A DNA stretch of 64,000 bases from Podarcis vaucheri. Its lineage: Eukaryota. The notes below the pieces were generated by a model. It was not told the origin of the DNA. It worked only from the letters and a program-made list of their open reading frames with translations, and searched no databases. The number at the start of each line of letters is the position of its first letter. Position 1 is the stretch's first letter. The stretch lies in NCBI GenBank assembly GCA_965113315.1, contig OZ220375.1; one strand, 5' to 3'. Position numbers and translations under genes: made by a program. This document shows positions 11,931 through 24,033 of this stretch, one piece after another.

Positions 11931-12191
11931 GAGCTCGGTCTCAGCTCCTGCCAACCTAGCAGTTTGAAAGCATGTCAAAGTACAAGTAGATAAATAGGTA
12001 CCGTTCTGTTCCGGCGGGAAGGTAAACGGAGTTTCTATATGCTGCTCTGGTTTGCCAGAAGTGTCTTAGTCATGCTGGCCACATGATCCGGAAAAACTGT
12101 CTGCGGACAAACGTCTGCTCCCTCGGCCAGTAAAGCGAGATGAGCACTGCAACCCCAGAGTCATTTGCGACTGTCAGCAGTCCTTTACCTT
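11931..12191 (+). mobile_element. Sauria SINE, 5'-truncated
   Basis: Aligns with 9215-9482; ends CCTTTACCTT. Confidence 0.85.
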
Positions 12192-12255
12192 CACATATGA
12201 GAAAATATATGTGTCTGGTTCTGAATCAGGTGATAAAGAGTTTTCAGGTGTCATT

Positions 12256-12690
12256 ACCTTAAAGCCAGAATGCCCTCAAAACTTGATTGCTTCTTGTTTT
12301 TCCTATTACAAAAAAAAATCTGGATAATGGACTTTATTGCCCAAACAGCTTCTTTAGCACATAACAACTCTCAAAATGATGAAAGGGGACAATCCTCCAA
12401 CTAGGGACAATCCTGCAAAAAATCCATCTATCTCAAAGATTTTCTTGAAGATTTTGGAATCTTCTGTTATAATAAATATGTAGATAGCTGTCTTCTTCAG
12501 AGGTGCCATCCATTACTGAATATAATCTTTAGCATAAATTAACCTCTCAGTTCTAAGTCTGAAAAATCTCACTGGGATATGAACATGGAGAAGAAAAAAT
12601 AGAAAGCACAAGGGAAATCAATGATTCCCCTTTGACTTCTGGCATATTCTTTTGGGCGATCTGCAATGAATTCCATGAAGAAATCTGTTC
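12256..12690 (-). promoter_or_regulatory. Putative promoter and 5' non-coding exon of OR 9695-10651
   Basis: Donor TTCTGGCTTTAAG|GTAAT (GT 12257-12256); TCTCACTGGGA (~12567); ACAAGGGAAATC (~12608). Confidence 0.65.
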
Positions 12691-13244
12691 AAAACTCACA
12701 TCATCCAATTTAGATCAGGATTCCATCTATGTGAGATCTGTTATTTTTTATGCAAGCCAGGTTGCTCAAACCAGGCAGAAGCTACTGATCATTCTGCATG
12801 TTTAAGATATTTGCTTTGCCTTTTTATTAATTTTACTTGCCACTATTCATACCCCCCCCCAAAAAACCCTACACTATTGTTCAAACATACATATAGCATA
12901 CACACAGCCCGTACCTTCAGATAATCCATGCAGATAATCCGAGGAAGGAAGTTATTGCCCTGTTTGTGCTCATGGAAAGAGGGAGTTGATTATCAGATAG
13001 GAAATTATTTCCACCACCATCACAGTAGTGGGTTTCATCTACTGCAGCACCATAACTGGGAATAAACATCATTCAGTCACAGTTTCTCAATTTCCCAGTC
13101 ATAGCTTCAGTTCTCCAAAATTCCACATCAGTTTACAATTTAATTTTAAGAAGTCTTATTGACAATAGAACTTGTGGACATGCTATGAAACTGGTTGTTT
13201 TAAGATTGAGGAGAAATAAAAGAAATCACTTCTTTATGCAGTGC

Positions 13245-13503
13245 GTAGTTGCCTGCTTCCACAGGATGTGATGATACCCACCAACATGGATGGCTTTAGA
13301 AGAGAATGAGACAAATTCATGCTCTGCCTTTCACAATTGGAGGCAGCAATGTTTCTGAATACCACTTGCTGGAAACCATAGGTGAGGTGAATGCTGTTGT
13401 GCTTGAATCTTGCTTGGTGGATTCCTGCAGCCATCTGGTTGGCCATCGTGAGAACAGGATGCCGGACTAGATGCCAAAGGCCTGACGCAGCAGGCTCTTC
13501 TTA
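13245..13503 (+). mobile_element. CR1-clade LINE 3' fragment (old)
   Basis: ...GATGGCTTTAGAAGAGAATGAGACAAATTCATG...GGACTAGATG... resembles CR1 ORF2 end plus 3' UTR. Confidence 0.6.
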
Positions 13504-13932
13504 AAATTATTGAGAATTACTCAAAATACAAACATTTTTCTATGCAATTATCTCCAACATACACATATTTGCAAATAAATTACCCCTAACATAATGCATA
13601 TTTTCATAATATACGCCTTCTTGTATACATTATGTGACGTCAGAAGTGCATTGGAAAATTCATAGAAGGGAGGATTTTTAAAGACGGCAATGTTGTGGTT
13701 CATGTATTATTTCAGAAAGGGTGAATTTGGTAAATTCACATTGAAATGAGAATCAAAATGAATTATTCCCTCACCAAAATTGTAGGACATTTGAGGGCCA
13801 GAAATTAATTTCTTCAGGTCTTGGATCAAACCTTCAAATTTGGGTTTCATCCACCTCTTCCCTAACTCCAAAACCCCCAATTCTTAGAAGTCCATTAAGA
13901 ATTTCCATAAAGTGCCTGTGAATAGTTCAAAG

Positions 13933-13934
<2 letters not shown>

Positions 13935-13971
<37 letters not shown>
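13935..13971. repeat. (TG)n microsatellite
   Basis: Seen directly. Confidence 0.97.
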
Positions 13972-13972
<1 letters not shown>

Positions 13973-14806
13973 CCTTAGCCTAACAGAATGGAGGGAACAG
14001 ACTCTTGAACCCATTGTCAACAAGGAGTTTGGTATTATCCATCAGCACTCTTTTTAAGTCTATAGCAATTTCCCTTCCATTTTCCGAACCACCTATTTTT
14101 CATTTTTTCAACCATTTGCATGCTCTCACATTATATGACTTCTCAGTTACTTCTCTGATATGTGTAGGTTAGGTGCCTGTGTATTTTGTTATGAAAGATT
14201 ATTGTATTATTTCAGAATCACTTAAAAGTTCTTATTCATACTAATTCTTCTCTTTTGTTTTACACTTAACAGTTGACAGACCTTACCCTTTCTGACCACA
14301 CATATTGTCAACAAATGATGTGCATTTGTTGCTTGCTTGGAATTACACATTGATCCTTCCTGCAGTCAAAAAGTCAACAGCAATCTGTCTATGCCCCTAA
14401 ACTTCCTGTTTCTTAGCTGCCCAAAGCCAGCTTGAATAGCATCACATATGATCGGCATTTAGAATTCTAGAGTTATATGTTACATATTTGGGAACCACCA
14501 TAGTGCCTGAAACTTTGGACTCTATATTGGTCTCCTTCCTTTGTTATTTCTGGGAAATTTTGTGACGTGCTGTGAGATTGTTTCTTTCTTTCATTGCAAA
14601 ACACAACAATGCTGCATTCAATAACCAATATGAAACCAAACTGTAAAATTCATGTAAAACAAAATTATTATTTTTTCAAATTCCTTCCTTGATAGACAAG
14701 GCAGAGGCAAAATACATTAATTAATTACATTAATGACCTGTTTTTGTAAGCATTCATATTGTGAAGACAATGCAATCAATGTTCTCCACACTTTTTGACC
14801 TGAATT

Positions 14807-15760
14807 CTAATCAGTTCTGTGAAGCAGCTTGAAAGTTTTCTTTGCTGCATCCTTTACCTCCTTGTTCCTCAAACTGTATATAATGGGGTTGACCAGTGGG
14901 GTGAGCAGAGTGTAGAACAGAGAAAAAAGTTTTTTCAAATAACTCAGTGAACTCATATTTGGTAAGACATAGACTATCGTCAGTGAACCATAGAAGCAAG
15001 TGACAACAGTCAGGTGAGAGGAGCATGTAGAGAATGCCTTTTGTTTACCAGTGGTAGATGGGATTCTTATAATTTTTTTGATAATGCAAACATAAGATGA
15101 CACAGTTATTACAAGAGGGGGTAGTATGGCTACAAAGGATACAATGAAGGCAGTCTTTTCAACCAAATCAGTGTCATTGCAGGAAAGTCTTACCATGGGG
15201 GTTAAATCACAGAAAAAATGATTGATTTTGTTGGGCCCACAGAATCTCAGCTGAGATACGAAATATAGTACAATGTTCATACCCAAAAAGCCACTGATCC
15301 AAGACCCAGCAATGAGCATGATGCAAATTCTGCCATCCATGAGCGTCACGTAATGCAGTGGTCTGCATATTGCTAAATAGCGATCATATGACATCACTGC
15401 TAGTAAGTAACATTCTGCAGCTGCAAGAGACCCAAAGAAATACAGCTGTGTAAAGCACCCTTTAATAGAAATAGTTCTGTCTCCAGTCAGAAAACTGACC
15501 AGCATCCTTGGCATGATGGTTGAGCTGTAGCAAGTCTCCAGGCAGGACAGGTTTCCCAGGAAGAAATACATGGGTGTGTGAAGACGCTGATCAAGAATCA
15601 CTAGAATAACAATGAGGATGTTCCCAGCTATGGTTGCAAGGTAAATAGGCAGAAACAGTATGGAAAATAAAACCCACAAATCTTCATTCTTAAAGTTCAA
15701 GAGGATAAACATTATGGGCTCTGTTTGATTTCCATCTATATCATTGTTTTTCAGTTGCAT
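14807..15760 (-). CDS. Olfactory receptor, 317 aa
   Basis: All OR motifs present, uninterrupted ORF, atag|ATG. Confidence 0.97.
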   Translation of the reverse strand: MQLKNNDIDGNQTEPIMFILLNFKNEDLWVLFSILFLPIYLATIAGNILIVILVILDQRLHTPMYFFLGNLSCLETCYSSTIMPRMLVSFLTGDRTISIKGCFTQLYFFGSLAAAECYLLAVMSYDRYLAICRPLHYVTLMDGRICIMLIAGSWISGFLGMNIVLYFVSQLRFCGPNKINHFFCDLTPMVRLSCNDTDLVEKTAFIVSFVAILPPLVITVSSYVCIIKKIIRIPSTTGKQKAFSTCSSHLTVVTCFYGSLTIVYVLPNMSSLSYLKKLFSLFYTLLTPLVNPIIYSLRNKEVKDAAKKTFKLLHRTD

Positions 15761-15903
15761 CTATATAAATAAGACAATATCAAGAAAGAATTAGAGTTGC
15801 GTATTTGATGCTGAATTCACTTTAATTCATAGGATTATATCAATGACATGCAAAAGGCTGGGGGTTTGTACACAACCCGCATTTAAGCAAACAAAATTCT
15901 CTA

Positions 15904-16163
15904 CAGTGGAACCTTGGGTTGCGAATGTGATCCATGCGGGAGGCACGTTCGCAACCCACAGCACTCGCAACCCGCATTGCTGTGTCTGCGCACACATGTG
16001 ATGCGATTCGGCAGTTTTGCACATGCGAAAAGTGACATTTAGAGTATCTGCGCATGTGTGATTGCCGAAATCTGGAAGTAATCCATTCCGGTGCATCCGG
16101 GTTTGGCGTGCCCGAAACCCAAAAACACACAACCCGCAGCATTCGCAACACGAGGTATGACTG
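15904..16163. mobile_element. Tc1/mariner MITE in the OR 5' intron
   Basis: TA-CAGTGGAACCTTGG...CGAGGTATGACTG-TA; absent from the paralogous site ~17540; related to 62163-62398. Confidence 0.88.
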
Positions 16164-16582
16164 TATTTCTGTTTCGGGATACATAACAACATTGACAATG
16201 ATTCAGCTATGATATGATTGATGCATGCTATTCACTGCTATTTTTAGAATTAAATCTCTGGCACATTTACAGAGTAATCCAATACTGTACAATACTTATC
16301 TACTCTTAAGCAAATGACTTTGAATTCAATGTCAATTTGTGCAGCAGTCGGTAGAGCTTCTAATCCAAAAACAAATCTAGCACAATCTAAGCCACTGGGT
16401 GGATGATAGGGGCTGCATAAAGCTTTCGGGGAGGTTTATGTTTCTGAGAGTTAAATAATAATCATAAAAAAGCTGAAATCCTATGTTCACTTAACTTGGG
16501 CTAAGTCTCAATGCTGTTAGCAGAATTTACTATTGAAAAAAACCTATAGAGGATTTGCCTGGAAGAGTTTCATGTGCCCCTT

Positions 16583-17030
16583 ACCTTGAAGCCAGAATTC
16601 ACCAGATTCTTGATGAATTCTGAGTTTTCCTCTGTATCACCCAGAATCATAGGTCATGGAAATATTTCACAAGTATCGTTATTTATTTCCAAAGGGCATC
16701 AACTTAATATATGTCTTGCTAGTATCATCCAGTATGTTTCAATATATATCACTAAGATTTTGTGACCATCTAGTGCTGCTCTGAAAATGTGGATACATCT
16801 CTTGTGGATATGGGTCAACTATTGCTGAATGCCATCAATATATAACTTATATTAACATTCACGTCTATCCATCTGTTTGTAAAATCTCAAAGGAGAATGA
16901 ACACAGAGGAGACACCCGATTCATGAGGGAAATTAGTGGCACTCCTATGTCTACTGTAATAGCTTTCTTCCCGGGAAATCACTGATGGATTTGTTGAGAT
17001 CCAAGAAACACCCAGTTATCTAGTAATGAG
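16583..17030 (-). promoter_or_regulatory. Putative promoter and 5' non-coding exon of OR 14807-15760
   Basis: Donor CAAG|GTAAG (GT 16584-16583); TCTCAAAGGAGA (~16885); TCATGAGGGAAATTA (16921-16935); TTCCCGGGAAA (~16968). Confidence 0.65.
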
Positions 17031-17284
17031 GAGCAGCACAATCACTTTGCAAAGCAAGCTGCAGCAGGTTCCCTCTGTGCCTTGTCGCCTTGGGGGGGAT
17101 TACCCCATGTGCCTCCCCAGGCAGTCGGACCTTATTCTCCGGCACTGCTGTGAACACAATTTGTTTAAGCTAAATTGTTTATGCTTTGTTTAAGATTGAT
17201 TAAAACATACAATGTGAAGGGTTTATTTATATATAACAGGAAGCATAAGGGTACTAGTTCTAAACAGGAAATGGAGAGTAGCAA

Positions 17285-17401
17285 TATAGGCAGAAACAGT
17301 ATGGAAAATAAAACCCACAGATCTTCATTATTAAAGTCCAAGAGGATAAACATTATGGTCTCTGTTTGATTTCCATCTCTATCACTGTTTTTCAGTTGCA
17401 T
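17285..17401 (-). pseudogene. Truncated OR: only the first ~39 codons remain
   Basis: MQLKNSDRDGNQTETIMFILLDFNNEDLWVLFSILFLPI aligns to the N-terminus of the 14807-15760 OR. Homology stops abruptly at ~17285, where the sequence joins that gene's upstream region. Confidence 0.9.
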
Positions 17402-17975
17402 CTAAATAAATAAGACATTATTAGGAAAGAATTCGACTTGAGCATTTGATTCTGGATTCACTTTAATTCATAGGATTATATCAATGACATGCTAAAGGAC
17501 GGTAGCTTGTACTCAACCCGCATTTAAGCAAACAAAACTCTCTGTATTGGGTTACATCACAGCACTGACCACAGCGATCCAAATATGATATCATTGACAC
17601 AAGCTATCCGCTGCTATTTTTATAGTCAAATCTCTGACACACTTACAGCATAATCCAATCCAATACATATCTACTCTTAAGCAAATCACTTTGAATTCAA
17701 TGTCAATTTGTGCAACAGTCAGTAGAGCTTCTAATCCAAAGACAAATCCAGAACCATCTGAGCCACTAAGTGGATGGGAGGGGCTGCATAAAGCTTTTGG
17801 GGAAGTATATTCCTTAGTTTCTGAGAACTATAGGTTTTTCTTTTTTAAAAAAACAAAACAAAACACAGAAATCCTATGCTCACTTAACTTGGGGTAAGTC
17901 TCACTGCAGTTAGCGAAACATATTATTGAAGAAACTTATAGAGGATTTTGCCTGGAAGAGTTTCATGTGCTCCTT

Positions 17976-18420
17976 ACCTTAAAGCCAGAATTCACCAGAT
18001 TCCAGATGAATTCTGAGTTTTCCTCTGATTTACCCAAAATTGTAGATCATGGAAATAATTGCACAAGTATCATTATTTCCACAGGCATCAACTTAATGTA
18101 TGTCCTGCTAGTAACAGTCCTACATCCAGTATTTTTCAATATATATCTGGAAGATTTTGTGGCCATCTAGTGCTGCTTTGAAAATGTGGATTATGGATAT
18201 GTGGATATGGGTTAGCTACTGCTGAATATCATCAATCTATAGCTTAAGTTAATATTCACATCTATCCATCTGCTTGTAAAATCTCAAAGGAAAATGAACA
18301 CAGAGGAGACACCTGACTCAAGAGGGAAATTATTAGTGTTTCTAATGTCAAAGCTTTTTCCTGGCAAATCACTGATGGATTTGTTGAGATCAAAGAAACT
18401 CCCAGTTCTCTAGTAATGAG
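17976..18420 (-). promoter_or_regulatory. Retained promoter and 5' exon of the truncated OR 17285-17401
   Basis: Donor TTAAG|GTAAG (GT 17977-17976); collinear with 16583-17030, including TCAAGAGGGAAATTA (~18318). Confidence 0.6.
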
Positions 18421-19874
18421 GATAACATAAAAACATAAAAAATTGTTTTGTGAATAGCAAGCTCCCTCTTCACCTTGTCCCCTTGGGGAGGGTGTTGTCC
18501 CCTTGGGGAGGGCACCCTGTGCACCTGCCCCAGGCAGTGGTACCTTACACTCCACCACTGCTGTGAACACAACTTCTTTAAGCTAAATTTGTTTGAGCTC
18601 ATTTCCCCCCCATCAAATTTGTTTAAGCTTTGTTTAAGATTGATTAAAACATACAATATGAAGGAAGAATAAGTGTATTGGTTCAAGACAGGAAATGGGG
18701 AGTAGCGGTCAGTCACATATGCAAGTCTGGTCTGTCTAAGAAGGATGATAAAAAATAGAAAAATGATTTTTTATTTCCATGTTGAATTGGGCTAAGGAGG
18801 ATCAATTATAGTGCCTGTTCCATTGTCTCTGAAACCAGCAAAAATGGATGCAAAAATGTGTTCAGGAGTGAAAATATTTGCCACACATACACAGCCTCTT
18901 ACACACAAAGCCCTTCTCTTCAGATAATCCATGCAGATAATAGGGTTCATACTACTGTACTCCCTTTTCACTCAGAAAATGATGAGATGACCAAAGAGAT
19001 AGTGATTTTCATGTTCATCAGCTCCACCTGCCCCAGCACTGTGAAGAGGAATGAGCAAAACATTCAGTTTTGGTTTCTCTCAGTTTCTCATTTTTCCATT
19101 CTTAACTCCAGTGGCCAAGGCAGTTTGTATTTTAAAAGCAGAACAAATAATATGTAATCATGAAAATGCTTAAGAATTGTAGTCTGACTCTCTCTAAATA
19201 AACACTTTTTTGCATACAATCTTCTCTGATGTAACATATTTTTGCAAAGCACTTTCCCCTAATATAACAAACCTTTCCATCTTAATTTTACTAGTGTATG
19301 TCTTTTGTACATATTACTTGCTGAAAGGCCTGCATGGCAAAATTTGGAGATGTGCTGATTTTGAAAGACAGCTACTTTTTAAAATGTTGCAGTTAGGTGT
19401 ATAATTTGCATTTTGGGGAGGACCATAGTTCAGTGGTTGTTCGCAGGAAATCCCAAGTAGTTCCAGGCATCTGCTCGTAAGTCTTGCAGAGAGTCCTGCC
19501 TGAAATTCTGGAGAGCTGCCATCAGTCAGTATTGGCAACACAGTGGAACAATGGGCTGACAACATATGATTCAGATTCCTCTTTTCTTTTTAGATAGTTT
19601 TATGATGCAATGCGAGGTTTCTCTTGTTGTAAATCACAACCACAAGGATAAACCACAAGAATAAACCAAAGGATTAATTCTATAATCCTTTCTCTTGATG
19701 CTGGACTCAATACCAATATGAAGCTAAGCTATATAATTCATACAAGGTCGAACTCCTGCTTTGATAAAGAAGTAAGGGGCAAAATATGTTAATTAATCAG
19801 AATCTGTCCCAGTAAAACATTGACATCATAAAGCCAATAGTAGCAGTGGTCTACTCCACATTTTTACCAGAAAT

Positions 19875-20828
19875 TTAGTGAGCTCTCTGAAGCAGCTTGA
19901 AAGTTTTCTTTGCTGCATCTTTTACTTCTTTGTTCCTCAGACTGTACACAAGGGGATTGACCAGAGGGGTGAGCATAGTGTACAACAAAGATAATAGTTT
20001 CTTCAGGTCCATTAAGGAACTCATGTTTGGTAAGACATAGACTATCATCAGCGAACCATAGAAGCAAGCAACCACAGTCAGGTGAGAGGAACATGTAGAG
20101 AATGCCTTTTGTTTACCAATGGTGGATGGGATTCTTAAAATGCTTTTGATAATGCACACATAAGATGACACAGTTATTAGAAGAGGAGGTAGTGTGGCTA
20201 AAGAGGAGACAATGAAGGCTGTCTGTTCAACCAAATCTGTCTTATTGCAGGAAAGTCTTACCATGGGGGTGAAATCACAGAAAAAATGATTGATTTTGTT
20301 GGGCCCACAGAATCTTAGTTGAGATACCAAATATATTAGGACACTAATACCCAATGATCCACTGACCCATGATCCAACAATAAGCATGATGCAAATTCTT
20401 CCATTCATGAGCATTACATAATGCAGTGGCTTGCAAATTGCTAAATACCGATCATATGACATCACTGCTAGGAAGTAACATTCTGTTCCTGCAAGACACC
20501 CAAAGAAATACAGCTGTGCAAAGCATCCATGAACAGAAATGGTTCTGTCTCCAGTCAGAAAACTGACCAGCATCCTCGGCATGATGGCTGAGCTATAGCA
20601 AGTCTCCAGGCAGGAGAGATTTCCTAGGAAGAAATACATGGGTGTGTGGAGGTGCTGATTATTCACCACTAATAGAATAATGAGGATGTTTCCAGCCATG
20701 GTCACAAGGTAGATAGGTAGAAACAACACAGAAAATAAAACCTGCAGATCTTCATTATTAAAGTCCAATAGGATGAATGTTATGTGCTCTGTTTGATTTC
20801 CATCTTCCTCATTGTTCTTCATTGACAT
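19875..20828 (-). CDS. Olfactory receptor, 317 aa
   Basis: All OR motifs present, ccag|ATG. Confidence 0.97.
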   Translation of the reverse strand: MSMKNNEEDGNQTEHITFILLDFNNEDLQVLFSVLFLPIYLVTMAGNILIILLVVNNQHLHTPMYFFLGNLSCLETCYSSAIMPRMLVSFLTGDRTISVHGCFAQLYFFGCLAGTECYFLAVMSYDRYLAICKPLHYVMLMNGRICIMLIVGSWVSGSLGISVLIYLVSQLRFCGPNKINHFFCDFTPMVRLSCNKTDLVEQTAFIVSSLATLPPLLITVSSYVCIIKSILRIPSTIGKQKAFSTCSSHLTVVACFYGSLMIVYVLPNMSSLMDLKKLLSLLYTMLTPLVNPLVYSLRNKEVKDAAKKTFKLLQRAH

Positions 20829-20883
20829 CTGGGGGGCAGGGGAACAGACAATATTGAGAAAAACATTGACATGTATATATGAC

Positions 20884-21020
20884 CAGGGGGTTTTGTCAAC
20901 CAGAAGTCACTGGAACTCAGTTCCGGCCCCTCTCAGGTGGGCCCCATTGCCATTATAAGACAGCAAGGGAGACATTCATGGTGAGTTCTGGCACCCCTTT
21001 TTCTAGAACAAATAGCAGTG
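20884..21020. mobile_element. hAT-type MITE
   Basis: Degenerate CAG...GTG termini; 8-bp flanks TATATGAC / TATATAAC (7/8 match). Confidence 0.7.
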
Positions 21021-22403
21021 TATATAACAGAGGTTCACATTAAGTGAAACACAAATTGAATTACAATGGTAATGACTAGGGCTGTGTAAAGGATTGGACT
21101 GAGATTTAAATTCTGAGCTAAATATGACCTATTTGGAGAGATCCAAGCTTCAGCTGAGTTGGGTTGGGGAAACTGTGGATCCCTTTGTCCTGGGCTGTCA
21201 GGGAGTGGAGTTTCAGGCAGGAAAGAGAGACTGTCATGAGGTAGAAAAAAGAGAAAGAGCAAAAAAACCAAAACCATTTGGCAGCTACATTCTTGACAGA
21301 GAATGTATCTGTGTGAGGTATCTTCCTGCTTGGCCTCTCCTCCTTCCTGCCCTCTAAAGTGGCATAGCACAGGATCAAACTCTCTCTCTTATGAGCTCTT
21401 AACCAGGAAATTTTAACCTCGCACAGTGCTGATCACTAGTTTTTTTGTGAGAGGCTTGCCTTGCTTGTAGGGAAGCTGCTTGTGAAGGAACAGCACCTAC
21501 ATGATTGACTCCTCCTGCTTAATAGCTAGGAAGTGGGAGAATCTGATCCTTCACAGTGCTGGTGCTTTCATTCCTGACTGCATTTTTAAGCTGTATGTTG
21601 ACTCTTTGTTAAATGCAGCAGGGGTAAGTAGTTTCCAGGTTGACCCAAGGCAAATTGGCTCTATCTGGGAGCCAAAGATTGCAGCTGATTGGACATATTT
21701 AGGTTCATGGTGAAAGAGTTGCCTGGGCTTCTTAAATTAAAACCTGAACAGCAGGGTGTGAGAATTCAGGCAGGAAGGATAGGCAAGTATGAGAAAGGAG
21801 GAGGAGGAAGCATAAAATGGAGGGACCTACTGGGCAGCTGCATCTTCAAGGGACAAGGTATGGATGCAGGTGGATCCCTTTCCTTCCCAACCTCTAACTT
21901 TTCCTGCCAGGCCTCTACTTCTTGCTGACCCTAGAAGCAGGACTGCACAGAATTGGATCTTCCCATTTAACAGCTCTCAACCAGGAAATCTGGAAGCTGT
22001 TCAGTACTGGTTGCTTTTCTTTTGTGAGCAGTTTCCTTTCCATATAGGGAATCTGCTCACAAAGGAGCACAATTAGATCCCATTGCTTAAAAACTGGTAA
22101 GTGGGGGGGATCTGATCCTGCACATTTCTGGTACACCCTTTCCCAACCATATGTGTCTTGTATGTTAAAATATGATATAATATTAAAATATTTTAACTAT
22201 GCCTCCCAGAGGCCAAATATTAGAGCCACATGGTAAATACTCCCAGGTATTTGTTTGTTTTCGTTTCTCAGAGCTATTTTGAAGGGAGGGAAGCTGAAAT
22301 CCTATATTGGCTTAACTGAGAGTAAGCGCCAGTGAAACTAGTTGAATTTACTACTGATTAGACACATTATAGGATTGCGCTTAAATAGTTGACTGTGCTC
22401 CTT

Positions 22404-22870
22404 ACCTTAAAGCCAGAACAAACCAGATTCTTGAAGAATTATGGGTTTTCCTCTCTGCATCACACCAAAATGTGTCTCACAGAAAAAATTGCACAAGCAT
22501 CATTTCTGCACGACCAACACATGTCAGATCTTGAATGTATGTCTTGTTAGCAACTGTTCTGCATCTAGTAGTTTCAAGTATACATCTGGAGGATTTCCCT
22601 GAAGTCTTGAAAATCTGATGCTGCACTGAAAATTTTGATGCATTTCTTCTTGATATTTGTCAGCTCTTGCAAGATGCAACCATTCCATAGTTTATGTAAG
22701 CATCCAACTCTATTAATCTGCTTGCAAAATCTCAATGGGAAATTGACACAGAAAAGTCAATGCCTAAATCATAAGGGAAATTAGTGGTTCTCCTAACACT
22801 ATATCCATAACTTCCTTCCTGGCAAATCCCTGATGGATTTGTTTAACTCAAGGGAACCCTGTGATATCTT
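22404..22870 (-). promoter_or_regulatory. Putative promoter and 5' non-coding exon of OR 19875-20828
   Basis: Donor TTCTGGCTTTAAG|GTAAG (GT 22405-22404); TCTCAATGGGA (~22730); TCATAAGGGAAATTA (~22769). Confidence 0.65.
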
Positions 22871-23424
22871 AAGCTCAAGGACAGTTTAGAAATCCATAAG
22901 TATGCATACTACCAAAAAAAAAAAAAATCTGTTAGAACTCATAATTTATAAAAACCTTTCTGGGTTATCCAAAGCCGAGATTCTGTATTCTGACTAAGTG
23001 ATATCTGCCCATTTCATTCTCCATAATATAAATTGGAATACTGGTTTATATGACATGAATGATCCTTCTAGGCTAGCATAGTGAGACTTCCAGGGCTGCA
23101 CCATGTTCATACAGGACCACTATTCAGCATGCCAATTAGAAATTTCATTCTCTCTCCATTAGGACTAGTTTATGTCTAGTAGTGTTGGTCTTTCTTTGTA
23201 GTCTTATTGATTTTATTTCCATGCTTTTTACTTGATTACTAGTTAGTTTGGTCTTTGCCATGGCAAAAAGAAAGCCGCCAAATTGGAGGATAGATGAAAT
23301 ACTACATTATAAAGTCACATGGCCATTGGCTGGCTAAATATGGACATACAACTTTGTTCCATTTGAATCTTTGTGTCAGGGACTGGCTGGATGAGGAAGA
23401 GCTAAGTAAGTGAGTTGGGAGATC

Positions 23425-23477
<53 letters not shown>
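23425..23477. repeat. (AGAT)n microsatellite
   Basis: Seen directly. Confidence 0.97.
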
Positions 23478-23478
<1 letters not shown>

Positions 23479-24033
23479 GAATAGCTCTCCACCACAAGAA
23501 TGGGTTTCAAAGCTTTACTGGACACAGCCTTATAATATTCACAAAGAAACATAACAAAATACAAAGTAACACATAGCTCTTTAACAGCAAGCGATGTGGT
23601 CCCATCTTCTTTTAAGTCCTTCATACAGTTCCAAAAACTTTCCTTTTTCTAGTGCCAGATAGATCCTAAGCAACTTCCTTCCATCAGCATCAGAGTTTGC
23701 TACTTGTGCCTAATGCAAACTTATCTTGTAAAATGTTTTCAAACACAATGCCTACAAAAAAAATGCATTTTATGCGTATTAAACTTACACCTTAAACCAT
23801 TTTTACAATGAAGACAATATAGTAGCATACTAAAAACTGAGAGGAAATAGAAACAACTCAGACTTGGATTGGTTACAGATCAACCAATTGAACGATCTTC
23901 TGAAAATTCAAGTCAACAGCAGCTTTACTAATCCAAGCAACAGTATTGAATCAGGGTGATGCAGGGAGGGGATTGGAATCCACAATGTCCAAACAGCAAT
24001 TGCACCAGTGCTTATTTCTGGTATTCTCCGATA

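Larger units (their letters stand above)
15645..18706. repeat. Tandem paralogous units 15645-17282 and 17285-18706
   Basis: Collinear OR 5' end, intron, 5' exon and promoter; both end GGAAATGG(A/G)GAGTAGC. Confidence 0.9.

Noticed and set aside
21367-22123. Possible element bounded by CAGGATCA...TGATCCTG in the intron of OR 19875
   Set aside because: Only an 8-bp inverted match, no TSD, no second copy; probably a TE but cannot be delimited
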